From contig NIVC01000037.1 of the NCBI GenBank assembly GCA_002269645.1, positions 434,001 to 498,000 of the forward strand: 64,000 nt of DNA, in the 5' to 3' direction. A model generated the notes under the pieces. That model was given only the letters and a program-made list of their open reading frames with translations. It did not search any database and was not told where the DNA came from. Shown here piece by piece: positions 13,388 through 26,870 of the stretch (the stretch's first letter is position 1; each line of letters opens with the position of its first letter). The DNA is from Macrostomum lignano (Eukaryota). The position numbers were made by a program, and so were the translations under genes.

Positions 13388-13995
13388 GCTCGTGCGCCGA
13401 TTTCTCTCGCCTGATTGGCTGCCGCGGCAAGGACGTGCTGTACATCGGTGACCACATATTCGGCGACATTGTGAAGAGCAAGAAGGTTGGCTGGCGCACC
13501 CTGCTGATAGTGCCCGAGCTGGCTAACGAGCTGTTCGTCTGGAAGAAAGAGGAGGCGCTGTTTGTCCGCCTGCAGGAGCTGGACGCGGAGATGAGCCGGG
13601 CCTATCAGGGCTGCACCATCGTGTCTAAGAGCGGCCCAAGCCAGGCGCTGGAAGCTCAATCGGTTGACAAGATGAAGCGATCGATACGGGAGACCGTGCA
13701 AGCGATGGACGCCTCTTACGGCTTCATGGGCTCGCTATTCCGGTCAGGGGGACGGCTCACCAGCTTTGCCTCCCAGCTGGAGCGCTACGCTGACCTGTAC
13801 GCCCAGAGCGTGACGAACCTGCTGTACTATCCCAACTACTACATGTTCCGCGGTCCGATGGCGCTCATGACACACGAGTCCACCGTGTCGCATAAGTCGG
13901 ACGATTCGCCGCCAGAAAAGATAACCGCCGAGTCGAAATTTGCTCTGAGAGCTTCTTCGGCTAGCGTTGCGTCTAGTGAGTCAATTATTGATTGA
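13388..13995 (+). CDS. NT5C2: Cytosolic purine 5'-nucleotidase, exon 3
   Basis: Acceptor TGCAG at 13387 (phase 1), [39 protein letters not shown]; stop 13993-13995; spliced product 516 aa. Confidence 0.95.
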
Positions 13996-14271
13996 TTTTT
14001 GCGCTACTGCCCCCTAGCTGTCGCTCACCAGCGGTCACTGTAGACTGGCCTAGGAAAAACATTTACGCTTTTACTTAGTAGAACAGTCCTCTGTACTTTC
14101 AATGGAATTCTTCTTCAACCTACAAAGTAAATAATCGCACACTAAGTTCCATAGAAACCCCCTTTAAGCCCTGAAACTCTGTATTCCGTGAAACCATAAA
14201 ACTTCCATAAAATCTTTTTTTTGGGGTTTAAGAATCCCATTTAACATTTCTATAGAGTTTCATTTAATTAA

Positions 14272-14522
14272 TATCTATAGAATTCCATTCAATATCTATA
14301 GAATTCCATTCAATATCTATAGAATTCCATTCAATATCTATAGAATTCCATTTAACATCTATAGAATTCCATTCAATATCTATAGAATTCCATTCAATAT
14401 CTATAGAATTCCATTCAATATCTATAGAATTCCATTCAATATCTATAGAATTCCATTCAATATCTATAGAATTCCATTTAATATCTATAGAATTCCATTC
14501 AATATCTATAGAATTCCATTCA
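14272..14522. repeat. 21-bp tandem repeat
   Basis: aatatctatagaattccattc repeated about 12 times. Confidence 0.95.
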
Positions 14523-14715
14523 ATCCGCAGTAGCTGCCTGTACATTAAGAATGCAGTTGAATTCAGCGCATCCAACATTCCCCTTCGCTCTGCAGGAAGA
14601 GGCAGCGCTCCGAATGCCGCCGACATTCAACAGGTGGCTCGATCGCACGATGATCAATCGGGTGAGGCTTTGCATTGCCGGTTACTCCAAGTTGTCCGCG
14701 CTTGCAACTGCAACT

Positions 14716-15085
14716 GGTGTGGGATTTGGGGTATTTTAGTTACAAGGTATGGGATTTGGGATATTTTAGTTACAAGGTATGGGATTTGGGATGTTTTAGT
14801 TGCAAGGTGTGGGATTTGGGGTATTTGAGTTACAAGGTGTGGGATTTGGGATGTTTAGCTGCAAGGTGTGGGATTTAGGATATTTTAGTTGTAAGGTGTG
14901 GGATTTGGGATATTTTAGTTGTAAGGTGTGGGATTTGGGATATTTTAGTTGTAAGGTGTGGGATTTGGGATATTTTAGTTGTAAGGTGTGGGATTTGGGA
15001 TATTTTAGTTGTAAGGTGTGGGATTTGGGATATTTTAGTTGTAAGGTGTGGGATTTGGGATGTTTTTGTTATGGGGTGTGGGGTA
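14716..15085. repeat. 30-bp tandem repeat
   Basis: gtgggatttgggatattttagttgtaaggt repeated about 12 times. Confidence 0.95.
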
Positions 15086-15417
15086 TGAGATTTTTTGTCT
15101 CGTGGTGAGAGATTTGAGAAATCTTAGTTTCCCGGTGTGTGAGATTCAGGGTAAGTTAGTGTCTTGTTTCGGCACACATGTGTAAATACGGGATTTTAAT
15201 CCCATGGCACTGCGCCGTCAAATTCCAGCCGACAGCACTGCCTCCGTTTCGTCCGAGCTGAAACCGCCCTGCGCCGTGACCTCGGCGGCATTCGAAGAGG
15301 AGGACAGCGCGGCGGATCTGACCGCGGCGGCCAGGCCAGAGAGTCCCGCCGTTGTTGACGCCTACGATTGATGGAGATTGATGCGATTGACTGACTTTAC
15401 TGGAGTTGCGGATTTTG

Positions 15418-16500
15418 GATTGATTGGCTGATTGATTGGCTGATTGATTGATTGGTTGGTTGATTGGCTGATTGATTGATTAGCTGATTGATTGATTGGC
15501 TGATTGGTTGATTGGCTGATTGGTTGATTGGCTGATTGGTTGATTGGTTGATTGGCTGATTGATTGATTGGCTGATTGATTGATTGGCTGATTGGTTGAT
15601 TGGCTGATTGATTGATTGGCTGATTGGTTGATTGGCTGGTTGGTTGATTGGCTGATTGGTTGATTGGCTGATTGATTGATTGGCTGATTGGTTGATTGGC
15701 TGATTGGTTGATTGGCTGATTGGTTGATTGGCTGATTGATTAATTGGCTGATTGATTGATTGGCTGATTGATTGATTGGCTGATTGGTTGATTGGCTGAT
15801 TGGTTGATTGGCTGATTGATTGATTGGCTGATTGATTGATTGGCTGATTGATTGATTGGCTGATTGGTTGATTGGCTGATTGGTTGATTGGCTGATTGAT
15901 TGATTGGCTCATTGGTTGATTGGTTAATTGGCTGATTGATTGATTAATTAATCGGCTTATTGATTTATTGATCCTCTGATTGATTGATCGGCTGATTGAT
16001 TGATTGGCTGATTGGTTGATTGGCTGATTGATTGATTGGCTGATTGATTGATTGGCTGATTGGTTGATTGGCTGATTGGTTGATTGGCTGATTGATTGAT
16101 TGGCTCATTGGTTGATTGGTTAATTGGCTGATTGATTGATTAATTAATCGGCTTATTGATTTATTGATCCTCTGATTGATTGATCGGCTGATTGATTGAT
16201 TGGCTGATTGGTTGATTGGCTGATTGATTGATTGGCTGATTGATTGATTGGCTGATTGGTTGATTGGCTGATTGGTTGATTGGCTGATTGATTGATTGGC
16301 TGATTGGTTGATTGGCTGATTGATTGATTGGCTGATTGATTGATTGGCTGATTGGTTGATTGGCTGATTGGTTGATTGGCTGATTGATTGATTGGCTCAT
16401 TGGTTGATTGGTTAATTGGCTGATTGATTGATTAATTAATCGGCTTATTGATTTATTGATCCTCTGATTGATTGATCGGCTGATTGATTGATTAGCTGGA
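15418..16500. repeat. GATT/GGTT/GGCT compound microsatellite
   Basis: ttgattggctga-type units, with internally duplicated blocks. Confidence 0.95.
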
Positions 16501-17399
16501 TAATTGATTGATTTATTAGCTACTCTAATCAATTGCTTGCTTGAGAACATTTCTTTAATATTATATTTCTCTTTTTGCAATAGTTGCACTCTATAAGGTG
16601 AAGGTTCTGCTTTATTAATGACACAACCAACCCTCGACCATCTTATCTAGCGAAAACTGGCATCGAGTCATTCCTGTGTGGTTTTTGTCTTCTTTTCAGT
16701 GTGTTTTTTCAGAACCTTTTTTGTTTTCTCGACAAGTAAAATCTATACTGACTATAATAATTTTTTATAATTGTTTAGCTGTCGCTGCAAGTAGTAACCT
16801 GAGCGAGTAATGCTTCCATTTTTAATGATTACTCGATGTAGTACATGGTATCTGTGCAAAAGCATGCAATAGGGGTTCTGTGGAATTCTGTCGCCTGGTA
16901 GCCAATTTTCATGACAGCGCGTTTTCCTTTGTTTTCCTAGATTAATCTGTTTGTGACAGACAGTGCGACTGAAGTGTTCGCTGCGATCTTTCAGTTCAGC
17001 TGCAGTGCTTCAACTTTTTCCTCTGTGTTTTACTCTTAATATACAATTTAGCGTCCTTGTCATTGTAGCTATTTGTTGCAATTAAGACGTATTTATTATT
17101 TTGTTAATTTTCCCGTGGACAATAACAAGCTGCGTTGAGGCTTAAATTTGCTGTGCCAGATTGATATGACTAACATGTTATCCTGTGTTATCATTTCTCT
17201 TTAGTGTTCATAATTCAAGTGTGTAAATTTTGCTTTACTAATGCTGCTGACCTCCTTTAGACTCTGGTTTGTTGTGATCAAATAGAATGCAGGTATTAAC
17301 TCATTTATGAGCATATTTTTTACTGTTGCCAATTCATTTTGATTGAAGGAAAAGGTAAATGGTATCTTAACCATAGATTATCCATAAATTCACCACGAC

Positions 17400-17720
17400 T
17401 GATTCCCCACCCGTCTCTCTAATTCCCCATTCTATCTCTATAAATTCCCTGTCATCATAAATTCCTCATCTATCATAATAAATTATCCATCTATCATAAT
17501 AAATTCCCCATTTACCTCAATAAATTTCCCATCTGTTTCCATGAATTCCCCATTTATCATCATAAATTCCTCATCTGTCTCCAAAAATTCCCCATCTACC
17601 TTCATAAATTCCCCCATCTGTCTTCATAAATTCCCATCTATCATAATAAATTCCCATCTATCTCCATCAATTCCCCATCCATCTTCATAAATTCCCCATC
17701 CACCTCTATAAATTCCCCAT
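17400..17720. repeat. Degenerate tandem repeat
   Basis: ataaattccccatct-like units. Confidence 0.7.
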
Positions 17721-18433
17721 TGATTCCCTTACCCAGCAGATAATCTTCATACAGTAAATGCAAGTGGTTTTCACGTCTCATTCGTTGGTGCGCCCGCGAT
17801 AAATCAACAGACCGGCTATCCGTTGACATTTACTCATTCTACATTGTTTTCCTGTATCCCAGCTCCTTCAAGGTGGCAAGGTCACGCCGTCTTAGTGCTG
17901 TAGTGCTGCGTGCCGTTTTGATACTCAAACTTTAACTTTGAGCCTCTATCTGAGCAGGCTGCTAGATCTACAAGTGTTTTTCTACTGACTCTCCAATCCC
18001 GCACAGGTTTTTTAATTTTCACAAATATTTGTATCTGTCTCTATTTGTCTTGCTTCTTTTTTGCCATCCAAAGCCGTTTGTACTAGTTGATTTACTGTCG
18101 GCTGCTACTTTTTGTTTTTTTTCGTATTATTATTACTCATAATAATAATATTATTATTCGACATTAACGCAACAGATTGCGCGTGCAGTCGAAAAATTGG
18201 TTTCATTGTTAGTCTATTTCTGCAAATAAGATGGCTACTTATTAGTACTTATTAGTAGCATATGAGGATATTATAGTGAGCCTGCTCTAGCCGGAGGGAT
18301 GGTTGCAGACAATTCTTAGAAAGTTATCATTAGAAAATCAATTTTCATGCATGCGGCAGCAGTTTGCCCTGTTGGAATATTTTTATCCAGGCACAGGAGC
18401 CGAGACAGGCAGACGCTGTCCTCCTCCACAGAG

Positions 18434-19125
18434 ATGCTCACCCGCGGCAGGAAGGAGCTCGGCGGCATGAGCAGCGGCGTCACCGGCAAGTACGTCAGGA
18501 AGGATCCGGCCCCGTTGGCAATGCAGCAGCACCAGCAGCAGCAGCAGGCGGCTGCCTTCGCTGTGCGCGCCTCGCCGACTCCGCCGCCGGTGCCGGAGCG
18601 TCAGCGACAGCCGCAGCTGCTACGACAGTCGCCAACAGCCTCGCCGTCCGCAGCCATGCTGCAGCAGCTGGACAGGCACCAGACTATCACTAGGAAATTC
18701 TCCTCGTCTGGCAACATCAGCAGCAGCGCCGGCGGTGGCGGGCAGCAGCTGCAGTTTCAGCAGGCAGCCCAGCGGCAACAGCCTGCTGTTCAGCAGCAAC
18801 AGCAACAGCAGAAGCAGTATTACAGTAATCCGATTCAGCCGCAGCAGCACAGGCGGCCTTTATCAACGCACTATCCGTCCACTGGTCAGGAGTTCACCGC
18901 TAGTCCTGTTCGTCAGCGGCCGCCGCCTCCGCCTCCTCCGCCAACTCCGCCCGAGGAGTTCCCGCTGCCGCCCGGCTGGTCAGTGGACTGGACCGTGCGC
19001 GGCCGCAAGTACTACATCGACCATGTGAATCGGGCCACCTCGTGGAGTCACCCGTTGGCTAAGGAGTCTCTGCCAAGCGGTTGGGAGCGGATTGAAAGTC
19101 AAGACAAGGGTATATATTATGTCAA
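18434..19125 (+). CDS. SAV1: Salvador homolog, coding exon 1 (N-terminal motif, WW1, start of WW2)
   Basis: MLTRGRK...GKYVRKD matches SAV1 MLSRKK...GKYVKKE; [20 protein letters not shown]...WSHP; [10 protein letters not shown]; donor AA|GTGAGT at 19126. Confidence 0.9.
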
Positions 19126-19194
19126 GTGAGTTGCTTTGAACTTATTGACTGTACATTTGTCTGACTGAGCTATGTGCGTCTATAGTGCAACTGA

Positions 19195-19792
19195 TGCATC
19201 TATCCTGACTAGTGTACACCCACAGTGCATTTATCCTGACTAGTGTACACCCACAGTACATCTATCCTGACTAGTGTACACCCACAGTGCATCTATCCTG
19301 ACTAGTGTACACCCACAGTGCATCTATCCTGACTAGTGTACACCCACAGTGCATCTATCCTGACTAGTGTACACCCACAGTGCATCTATCCTGACTAGTG
19401 TACACCCACAGTGCATTTATCCTGACTAGTGTACACCCACAGTACATCTATCCTGACTAGTGTACACCCACAGTGCATCTATCCTGACTAGTGTACACCC
19501 ACAGTGCATCTATCCTGACTAGTGTACACCCACAGTGCATCTATCCTGACTAGTGTACACCCACAGTGCATTTATCCTGACTAGTGTACACCCACAGTAC
19601 ATCTATCCTGACTAGTGTACACCCACAGTGCATCTATCCTGACTAGTGTACACCCACAGTGCATCTATCCTGACTAGTGTACACCCACAGTGCATCTATC
19701 CTGACTAGTGTACACCCACAGTGCATCTATCCTGACTAGTGTACACCCACAGTGCATCTATCCTGACTAGTGTACACCCACAGTGCATCTAT
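19195..19792. repeat. 31-bp tandem repeat filling SAV1 intron 1
   Basis: gcatctatcctgactagtgtacacccacagt repeated about 19 times. Confidence 0.95.
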
Positions 19793-19839
19793 CCCATCCG
19801 TTAATGAATCCGCATTGTCCGTCCCTATCCTACCCGCAG

Positions 19840-20183
19840 TCGCATCAGCAAGGTGATGCAGCTGCATCATCCGGGCCTGCCATTCAACGGCGAGTCCACC
19901 CAGCAGCCGCTGCCATTCGGCCTGTTCACCAGGCAGCAGCGGCCTCTGCCGCGGCGTCCCGCTTTGCCGTTGTCGTCGACTCCGGAAGCCTCTACAGAGC
20001 TTCACAGATACTACCAGCAGCAGCAACATCAGCAGCAACAGCTACGTCAGCAGCCGCAGCCGCTTCCGCAACACCCTGCTGCTGCTGTTGCTGCTGGTGG
20101 TGGCGCTGTCAGTTTAACTGATCAGCAGCAGAAGCAACAGCAGCAGCAGCAGCAAGTGAACAGACAAAGATCTGCTGCTACTG
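19840..20183 (+). CDS. SAV1: Salvador homolog, exon 2 (end of WW2, Q-rich region)
   Basis: Acceptor CCGCAG at 19839; phase 2 completes [15 protein letters not shown]; donor G|GTGAGT at 20184. Confidence 0.8.
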
Positions 20184-20239
20184 GTGAGTCTGGCCTACTG
20201 CCTAAATTCTTTATTAACTGTTGCTATGCTTATCGTGAT

Positions 20240-20326
20240 GTTCGTCTGTCTGTCTGTCTGCTTGTCTGTCTGTCTGTCTGCCTGTCTGTCCGTCTGTCTG
20301 TGTGTCTGTCTGTCTGTCTGTCTGTG

Positions 20327-20393
<67 letters not shown>

Positions 20394-20426
20394 CTGTCTG
20401 TATGTCTGTCTGTCTGTCTGTCTGTG

Positions 20427-20457
<31 letters not shown>

Positions 20458-20510
20458 CTGTCTGTATGTCTGTCTGTCTTTCCGCCCAGTTCTCTGTCTG
20501 TTTGTCCTTT
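20240..20510. repeat. (CTGT)n microsatellite
   Basis: Direct reading. Confidence 0.95.
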
Positions 20511-21070
20511 TTGAGTCTTGATGCGGTCATTTGTTTCCCTTCCGCCCCTGTAAGTCGCCAGAAGCAGACGTAGCAAATAATTTATGGAACAGAAAATCTT
20601 CCGCATGCTACTTATAATAGCAGTATACCAAAGGCCATTTTTAAAGCTATCATTTTAAAACCTTAATTTTTACTAAGTAACTATTCGAATTTCAAACAGA
20701 AACCGTATTGGCAAGGAAATCTCAATCGAAAAATAACGTATATAACTTTGATCGAATTCAAATGATTTCCTTTTAACAGAATATAAATAGCAGTCAGACA
20801 AATTCATTTTATTAATGCAAGGCAAAATCGGAAAAAATATCTCGCTGAAAAATCACTGTGCGATAACAATAGAAGGTTTTTTTATTAAAGCATTTCATTG
20901 TTTTTGCATTATAACAATGGGCTTTCCCGAAATTAAGCAGGCAAATTTTAACTGTATTGCAAGCTCCATTGTTTTGCTGTCGTACTTTGACAGTGTCTGT
21001 AATTGACTGTTGCTTGTATTGCAGACGGTATTGTGCATTTCTGAGCCAGGCATCATCGTTTGCCTCAGAG

Positions 21071-21836
21071 AACTTTGACTTACTTTTTTGACTCAGCTGC
21101 AGGGTGGTCCGTAGACACAGCGGGGAGGCGAGGGTCGCCCATTCCGCTAGCCCCTGAAGGCCCGCAGACAGGCAGAGGCGTGGGGCCGGTCAGGGTGGTC
21201 CGCCGGTCCGTCCTGCAGCGTGATCTTCCGTGGGGAAGAAAGTGGCTCGTCTTGTTGCCCGAAGGGACTGGATGAGCCGTGGGATGCTGTCGGGCTGGCA
21301 GACCTCGTCAATGGACGGGTTCGGCCCGAGGTAGCGTAGCCGGTCTCTGTTAAAGAAAGGGCAGTGACAGACAAAGTGCTGAGCATCTTCATTGTCTTAC
21401 TCGCAAAAAGGGCAAAGTTCACTTTCGAGGTCGCCTCGGAGGAAGCAGTGCCTGGCGAGGTTGCCATGGCCGGTGAGGGTCATGACAAGGGCTCGGATAT
21501 CCTTCCGATTTTGCTTTAGAAGGACATTTCTGAGCCTACGAGAGGGGCACGGAACCGCGGCACGAGATTGTCGGCAGTTTTGGGTGCCCGCCCATCTGTC
21601 CCTGTGAAGGGAGTCAGCCCAGTCATCGATCAGACGATTGATGACTGTCGAAGGCATAGGGACCAAGGGGGCAGGGCCAAAGACGGAGCCAGAGCCGCCC
21701 CTCCTGGCGAGGGTGTCTGCCAGCTCGTTCCCCGGAAACCCTGCGTGCCCTGGGATCCACTTCAGCCTGACAGTATTGCCACTGGCCATGAGGTTGAGCT
21801 GCCGGACGCAGTCGGCGACTGTCCGGGAGTCCGGGA
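21071..21836 (-). mobile_element. 5'-truncated non-LTR retrotransposon (RNase H C-terminal part plus CCHC finger)
   Basis: VRLKWIPGHAGFPGNELADTLA (RNase H), LTGHGNL, CPFCE*DNEDAQHFVCHC with an in-frame stop; A-rich tail; candidate TSD GCCTCAGAG at 21062-21070 and 21837-21845. Confidence 0.85.
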
Positions 21837-21909
21837 GCCTCAGAGGACACTTTCCATGCTTCAATTCGTTATAACTGCAAGATCTGCTGCTGCGTTAGGA
21901 TACCGCTTA

Positions 21910-22350
21910 TTCATTTTGGCGCCCTTTGCATCCATTTGGCGCCTATTTCATCCATTTTGGCGCCTCTTTTATCCATTTTGGCGCTAACTTCATCTGTATT
22001 GGCGCCTCTTGCATCCATTTTGGCGCTAACTTCATCTGTTTTGGCGCCTCTTTCATCCATTTTGGCGCTAACTTCATCTGTATTGGCGCCTATTTCATCC
22101 ATTTTGGCGCCTCTTTCATCCATTTTGGCGCCTCTTTCATCCATTTTGGCGCCTCTCATCCATTTTGGCGCTAACTTCATCTGTATTGGCGCCTATTTCA
22201 TCCATTTTGGCGCCTCTTTCATCCATTTTGGCGCTAACTTCATCCATTTTGGCGCCTCTTTCATCCATTTTGGCGCTAACTTCATCCATTTTGGCGCCTA
22301 TTTCACCCTTTTTGGCGCCACTTGTCATCCATTTTGGCGCCCCTTCTGTC
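21910..22350. repeat. About 21-bp tandem repeat
   Basis: ttcatccattttggcgcctct variants. Confidence 0.9.
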
Positions 22351-22534
22351 CATTTTTGCGTGCTCTGCATCTGTGTTCCCTCCTATATCTGTTTTGACGG
22401 CCCTCTATCTAAATTTTTGCACCCTTCCATCCCACCGACTCTGTTCCCTGCTTTGCATTGATGCCGGCTTCTTTTCATTACTGGTCAGGAAGCTGAGGGT
22501 TGTAACAATTAGATACTGAACTTCAACTCCGCAG

Positions 22535-22845
22535 ATCTGGAGTCCTTCCTGGCGGTTTACTTCAAAGCTCCGCCAGAATACGACGCCAAAATTCAATGGC
22601 AACTATTCTCGCAGGGCGAGCTGGAGCGCTCAGCCGAGCTGCTTACCAGATTAGCCAAGGAAGAGACTGAGGCCATTGTGTCCGCCTACGAGCGCTACAG
22701 GGTGGCTCTGGTCACGCAGATGCTTTGGCGGAACAGTGCGGCTACGGCCGCTGCATCGCCGTCAACTTCTGGCGTGTCAGCCGCCGCTGCTTCAAGGCGG
22801 CTTGAACTTCACGCAGATCCGCATCGCTACTCGTCCGTGCTCTGA
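22535..22845 (+). CDS. SAV1: Salvador homolog, exon 3 (SARAH domain)
   Basis: Acceptor CCGCAG at 22534 (phase 1); FLAVYFKAPPEYDAKIQWQLF...EETEAIVSAYERYRVAL matches SAV1 WLQVYARAPVKYDHILKWELF...ELEQIVKMYEAYRQAL; TGA at 22843-22845; spliced product 448 aa. Confidence 0.9.
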
Positions 22846-23094
22846 CACTGTCTCAATCGCGCCTGCTTCCTAAATTCATTCGCTTCCTGAATTTGTTTTG
22901 GTTTTCGTTTTGTTTGTTTTTTATCTGCTAGTCCGAGTATGGTAGCTTAATAGCAGAGCCGCACATCAAGAGGGTTATTAATATTGCTCCAGTTGAGAGG
23001 TCACGTGATTTTGTTATTATTTACGTAGTTTCCGGTTGCGTGGATTTGTCGCTTAAATTTCATGTCACATTATTCAATCGCCCACGAGTTTTCA

Positions 23095-23600
23095 GGTTAC
23101 GTGATTTATAACCACTATAGTTCAATGTCACGTGATTCGTAGCCGCTATAGTTCAATGTCACGTGATTAATAGCCGCTATAGTTCAATGTCACGTGATTT
23201 ATAGCCGCTATAGTTCAATGTCACGTGATTTATAGCCGCTATAGTTCAATGTCACGTGATTTATAACTACTAGAATTCTATGATCACGTGAGTTTCAATT
23301 ACTATAGTTTCAAAGTCACGTGATTTGTGACCACTGTCGACTGTCGTTTCAAGGTCACGTGATTTTTAATCACTATAGTTCAGGTCACGCGAGTTATAGC
23401 CACTATAGTTATAGGTCACGTGATTTTTACCCACTTAGTGGTCAGGTCACGTGATTTTTAATCCCTATAGTTTCAGGTCACGTGACTTATAACTACTAGA
23501 GTTAAGGTCACGTGAGTTTCAATCATTATAGTTTCAAATTCACGTGATTTGTGACCACTATAGTTTCGAGGTCACGGTATTTATAACCGCTGTCACGGGG
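23095..23600. repeat. About 31-bp degenerate tandem repeat with a TCACGTGA core
   Basis: ctatagttcaatgtcacgtgatttatagccg-like units. Confidence 0.85.
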
Positions 23601-23619
23601 TTTGTAGTCACTATCTATA

Positions 23620-23985
23620 TTTTTATTTTTATTATTAGAGGCAGGGGGTTGTGTGCACCCTGGCGCACTTTAGGCGACATAGGCACACAACCGGTGAGAA
23701 GCATTACTGCCCATTCCGCCGACTCCCCTGAGCAGGCATACAAGCGCGCGGATACGTACGCAGGCACACACTCACACAGGAGTGCACAGCGGCCCTAACT
23801 TTATATTATCGTTAGGCATGTACACTTCACTGCGCCTTGGGGGGTTGGCTCTCAAGGCCGTTAATTGCACAAGCGAGCCAAGCCGAGATTCCAATTCAGC
23901 CCCAAATTAATGCGACTGCACTTGGAATCGAGCCTGGGTCGCTGGCACACCAGAGCAGCTGCGCTACCGCAGGCTACGGCCCCCG
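23620..23985 (-). mobile_element. tRNA-derived SINE family A, near full length
   Basis: Minus strand: A-box-like TAGCCTGCGGTAGCGC (23976-23961), B box GGCTCGATTCC (23934-23924), A-rich tail TAATAATAAAAATAAAAAT; several dispersed copies in the window. Confidence 0.7.
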
Positions 23986-25779
23986 TCACTATCTATAAGA
24001 TTAAATGTGAATCCAGCAAAAACCATGCCAGCTACCTTTTTGCCATTTTTTATAATTTTCTTAATCCAACAAGGCAGACAGAAAAATATTCAGGGCAGAT
24101 GCTTTAGATGAAATATCACTCGTGCTTCAGCCGCCTACAATCTGTGTTGCAGATAAGAGAAAAATATTTTTTCTGCATCAGGAACAGTAATATTGCCTGC
24201 CTGATGTTTAGTTATTGCCGCTTTGGCAACTCGTTTTGCTCACATATTTTGTTGCCTTGTTTATAAAATAATCATTATAAAAGTCTATCTTTATAAGTTT
24301 TTTTGTAACTAATTGCTTGGCTTCCAACTTACTTTTTCTGTAAGTAAGAGTTGATAGGAGTTGATAAATTTGCTTTCAAGTCTGCGGTATTGCTTACTAC
24401 ATTGGGATCATTATTTTTGTTAACTAACAGTTGGACTCTACAGCGAAACGATTTTTTCGAAGCAAGATTTTTGAGCTTCTGGGTTGAAATTTTAAGGCAA
24501 AATATGCGCAAAACGTTTTTTTGCTTCCATTTTTTTTGTTATCGAGTTAATGATCTATTTGTAGATGAAAAACAGCATTATCTTGTGATGTATTTGAGTA
24601 AGTAGTATAAAATTACTAATTAGTAGTAAAAAAGCAAATCAAATATCAAAATTTATATTCAAATAAATTTCACCTTTAAATCTGTGATACCGAGTTTAAA
24701 AAGGCGCCACGCGACGTGAGGCAATTAACGGAAATTAGCGCAGTATAATGAACTGAGTTCAGGGCCCAATTATGTTCATATTACAACACTATGTCGCTGA
24801 AGGTCCTCTGGTCCTCTCTTGATTTGATCCTCTGGTGCCGTCCCCGTTTCAAATTATTGAACTGCTTCAAGTGTTTTAGATAAAGGAAAAAACTAATCAT
24901 TGATTTCTGCGCTGTTTTGCTTCTGAAGACTTGTTTTTATTCTTCATTTTATGGTTTGCGGACCGAACGAAACTATTTACTATTATTAATGGATTTTGTA
25001 CTTTCTCGCCTTATATGTGTACATGTTTAATACATACAGTGCAGCCGTGATTTTATAGATTAGCGAGCTGCTATTGCTCGGCAGGCCTTGACAACATTGA
25101 ATTCATGATTTCTTTGCTAATAATATTTAGTTTCATGCTACCAGATGCCGGGATCGCTTTCTCGTTTGATACAGAATTCATCGAGAGAGCTTTTAGAACA
25201 ATTTTTACGACTTGATTTATACTCATCCTTACCATCTTAATGGCAATTTTTGTTGGCAGATTTTAGGCATTCAGATAGGCTTTTAAGCAACAGATATATG
25301 GGTTGTAAATTCGGATTATCAGAATTTGCGTGTTTGGCGTATGGCTGGCTTACTAGCTGTGCCGTGATGCAGTGTTAATATGGTTCATCTGGCTGAATGT
25401 GTAGCAATTCCAGTTAGCCCCCCCCTGCGGTTTGTCTGCAATCGTTATTCATATTCTTTAGAACAAGCTTGTTACATCCGGTTTAGCTGCACAATGCATT
25501 GGCGAGATAGGAAAGCTTTTTTCAGTTTTTTTTTTAGTTGCAGCACTTAATTTTAAATAGTTTTCCAACTTTCCAATTTGGAATGAAGTTTATTTTAAGA
25601 TTTTTCTTAGAAATGCTACCCGAGATCGGCGTCAAGCAAAGTTCCCGCAAAATTTCAGGAGTTCCTGTCTTTTCAGTGCATTTTGCCATTTATCGTTTTG
25701 CAAGTCAGTTTAAGGGAAGGCAACTCTCTTTGAGTTGTCAGTTTTAAGACAAACTTAGTCACAATACCTAAATTTCTTA

Positions 25780-26230
25780 AATTGCACGAGACCTAAACTT
25801 CTTAAGACCTAAACTTCACATGACCTTAAACTTCATGAGACCTAAACTTCTCAAAACCTAAACTTTGCAAAACCTAAACTTCTCAAGATCTAAACTTCAC
25901 AAAATCTAAACTTTACGAAACCTAAACATCTTGAGACCTAAACTTGACAAAACCTAAACTTTAGAAGACCTAAACTTCATATGACCTTAAACTTCATGAG
26001 ACCTTAAATTTCATGAGACCTAAACTTTGCAAAACCTAAACTTCTCAAGATCTAAACTTCACAAAATCTAAACTTTACGAGACCTAAACTTTGCAAAACC
26101 TAATTCAAACTTCTCAAGATCTAAACTTCACAAGACCTAAACTTCATGAGACCTAAACTTGACAGAACCTAAACTTCACAAGACCTAAACTTCACAGAAC
26201 CTAAATTTCACAAGACCTAAACTTCACAAG
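25780..26230. repeat. Degenerate ~16-bp tandem repeat
   Basis: gacctaaacttcacaa-like units. Confidence 0.8.
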
Positions 26231-26619
26231 GAAAAAATTTATACGACCAAAATTTCGCATCGCCTAGAAGTTTCAAGCATCCAAATTGTGAATTTTCGGT
26301 CTTGTAAAGGTTTGACGTTATTAAATTGGATGCTTGAAAGTTTTAGGTGATGCAAAATTTAGATCTTGTGATGAATCCCAACCCTTCATCTAGCGACAAA
26401 TCTTCTGCTTCTGTTTAAATGCTACAGTGACCTGTGGAAACGCTTCGATTGACGCTTCGATATTTTAGGCGGAAGTTTACGAGTTTATAGAGTGTAAATG
26501 ACCTCTTGGTGATGCAGCTACGCGTCATCAGGTTCTTAAAAAAGTTGTAAGATTTCCCTGGCTTGGTTACGGCGATCTAATAAATGTACCTACATTATAC
26601 TGAAGTAGAGTCAGGGTGA

Positions 26620-26709
26620 GATAGATAGATAAGATAGATACGATAGATAGATAAGATAGATAGAAGATGGATGGATCGATAGATAGATAGATAGATAGAT
26701 AGATGGATC

Positions 26710-26772
<63 letters not shown>

Positions 26773-26807
26773 GGGTCGATAGATAGATAGATAGATAAGA
26801 TATAAAA

Positions 26808-26839
<32 letters not shown>

Positions 26840-26870
26840 GTAGGTAGATAGATAGATAGATAGATGATGA
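26620..26870. repeat. (GATA)n microsatellite
   Basis: Direct reading; further GATA/ATCT/CTGT tracts at 30678-30840, 31375-31445 and 31460-31640. Confidence 0.95.
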
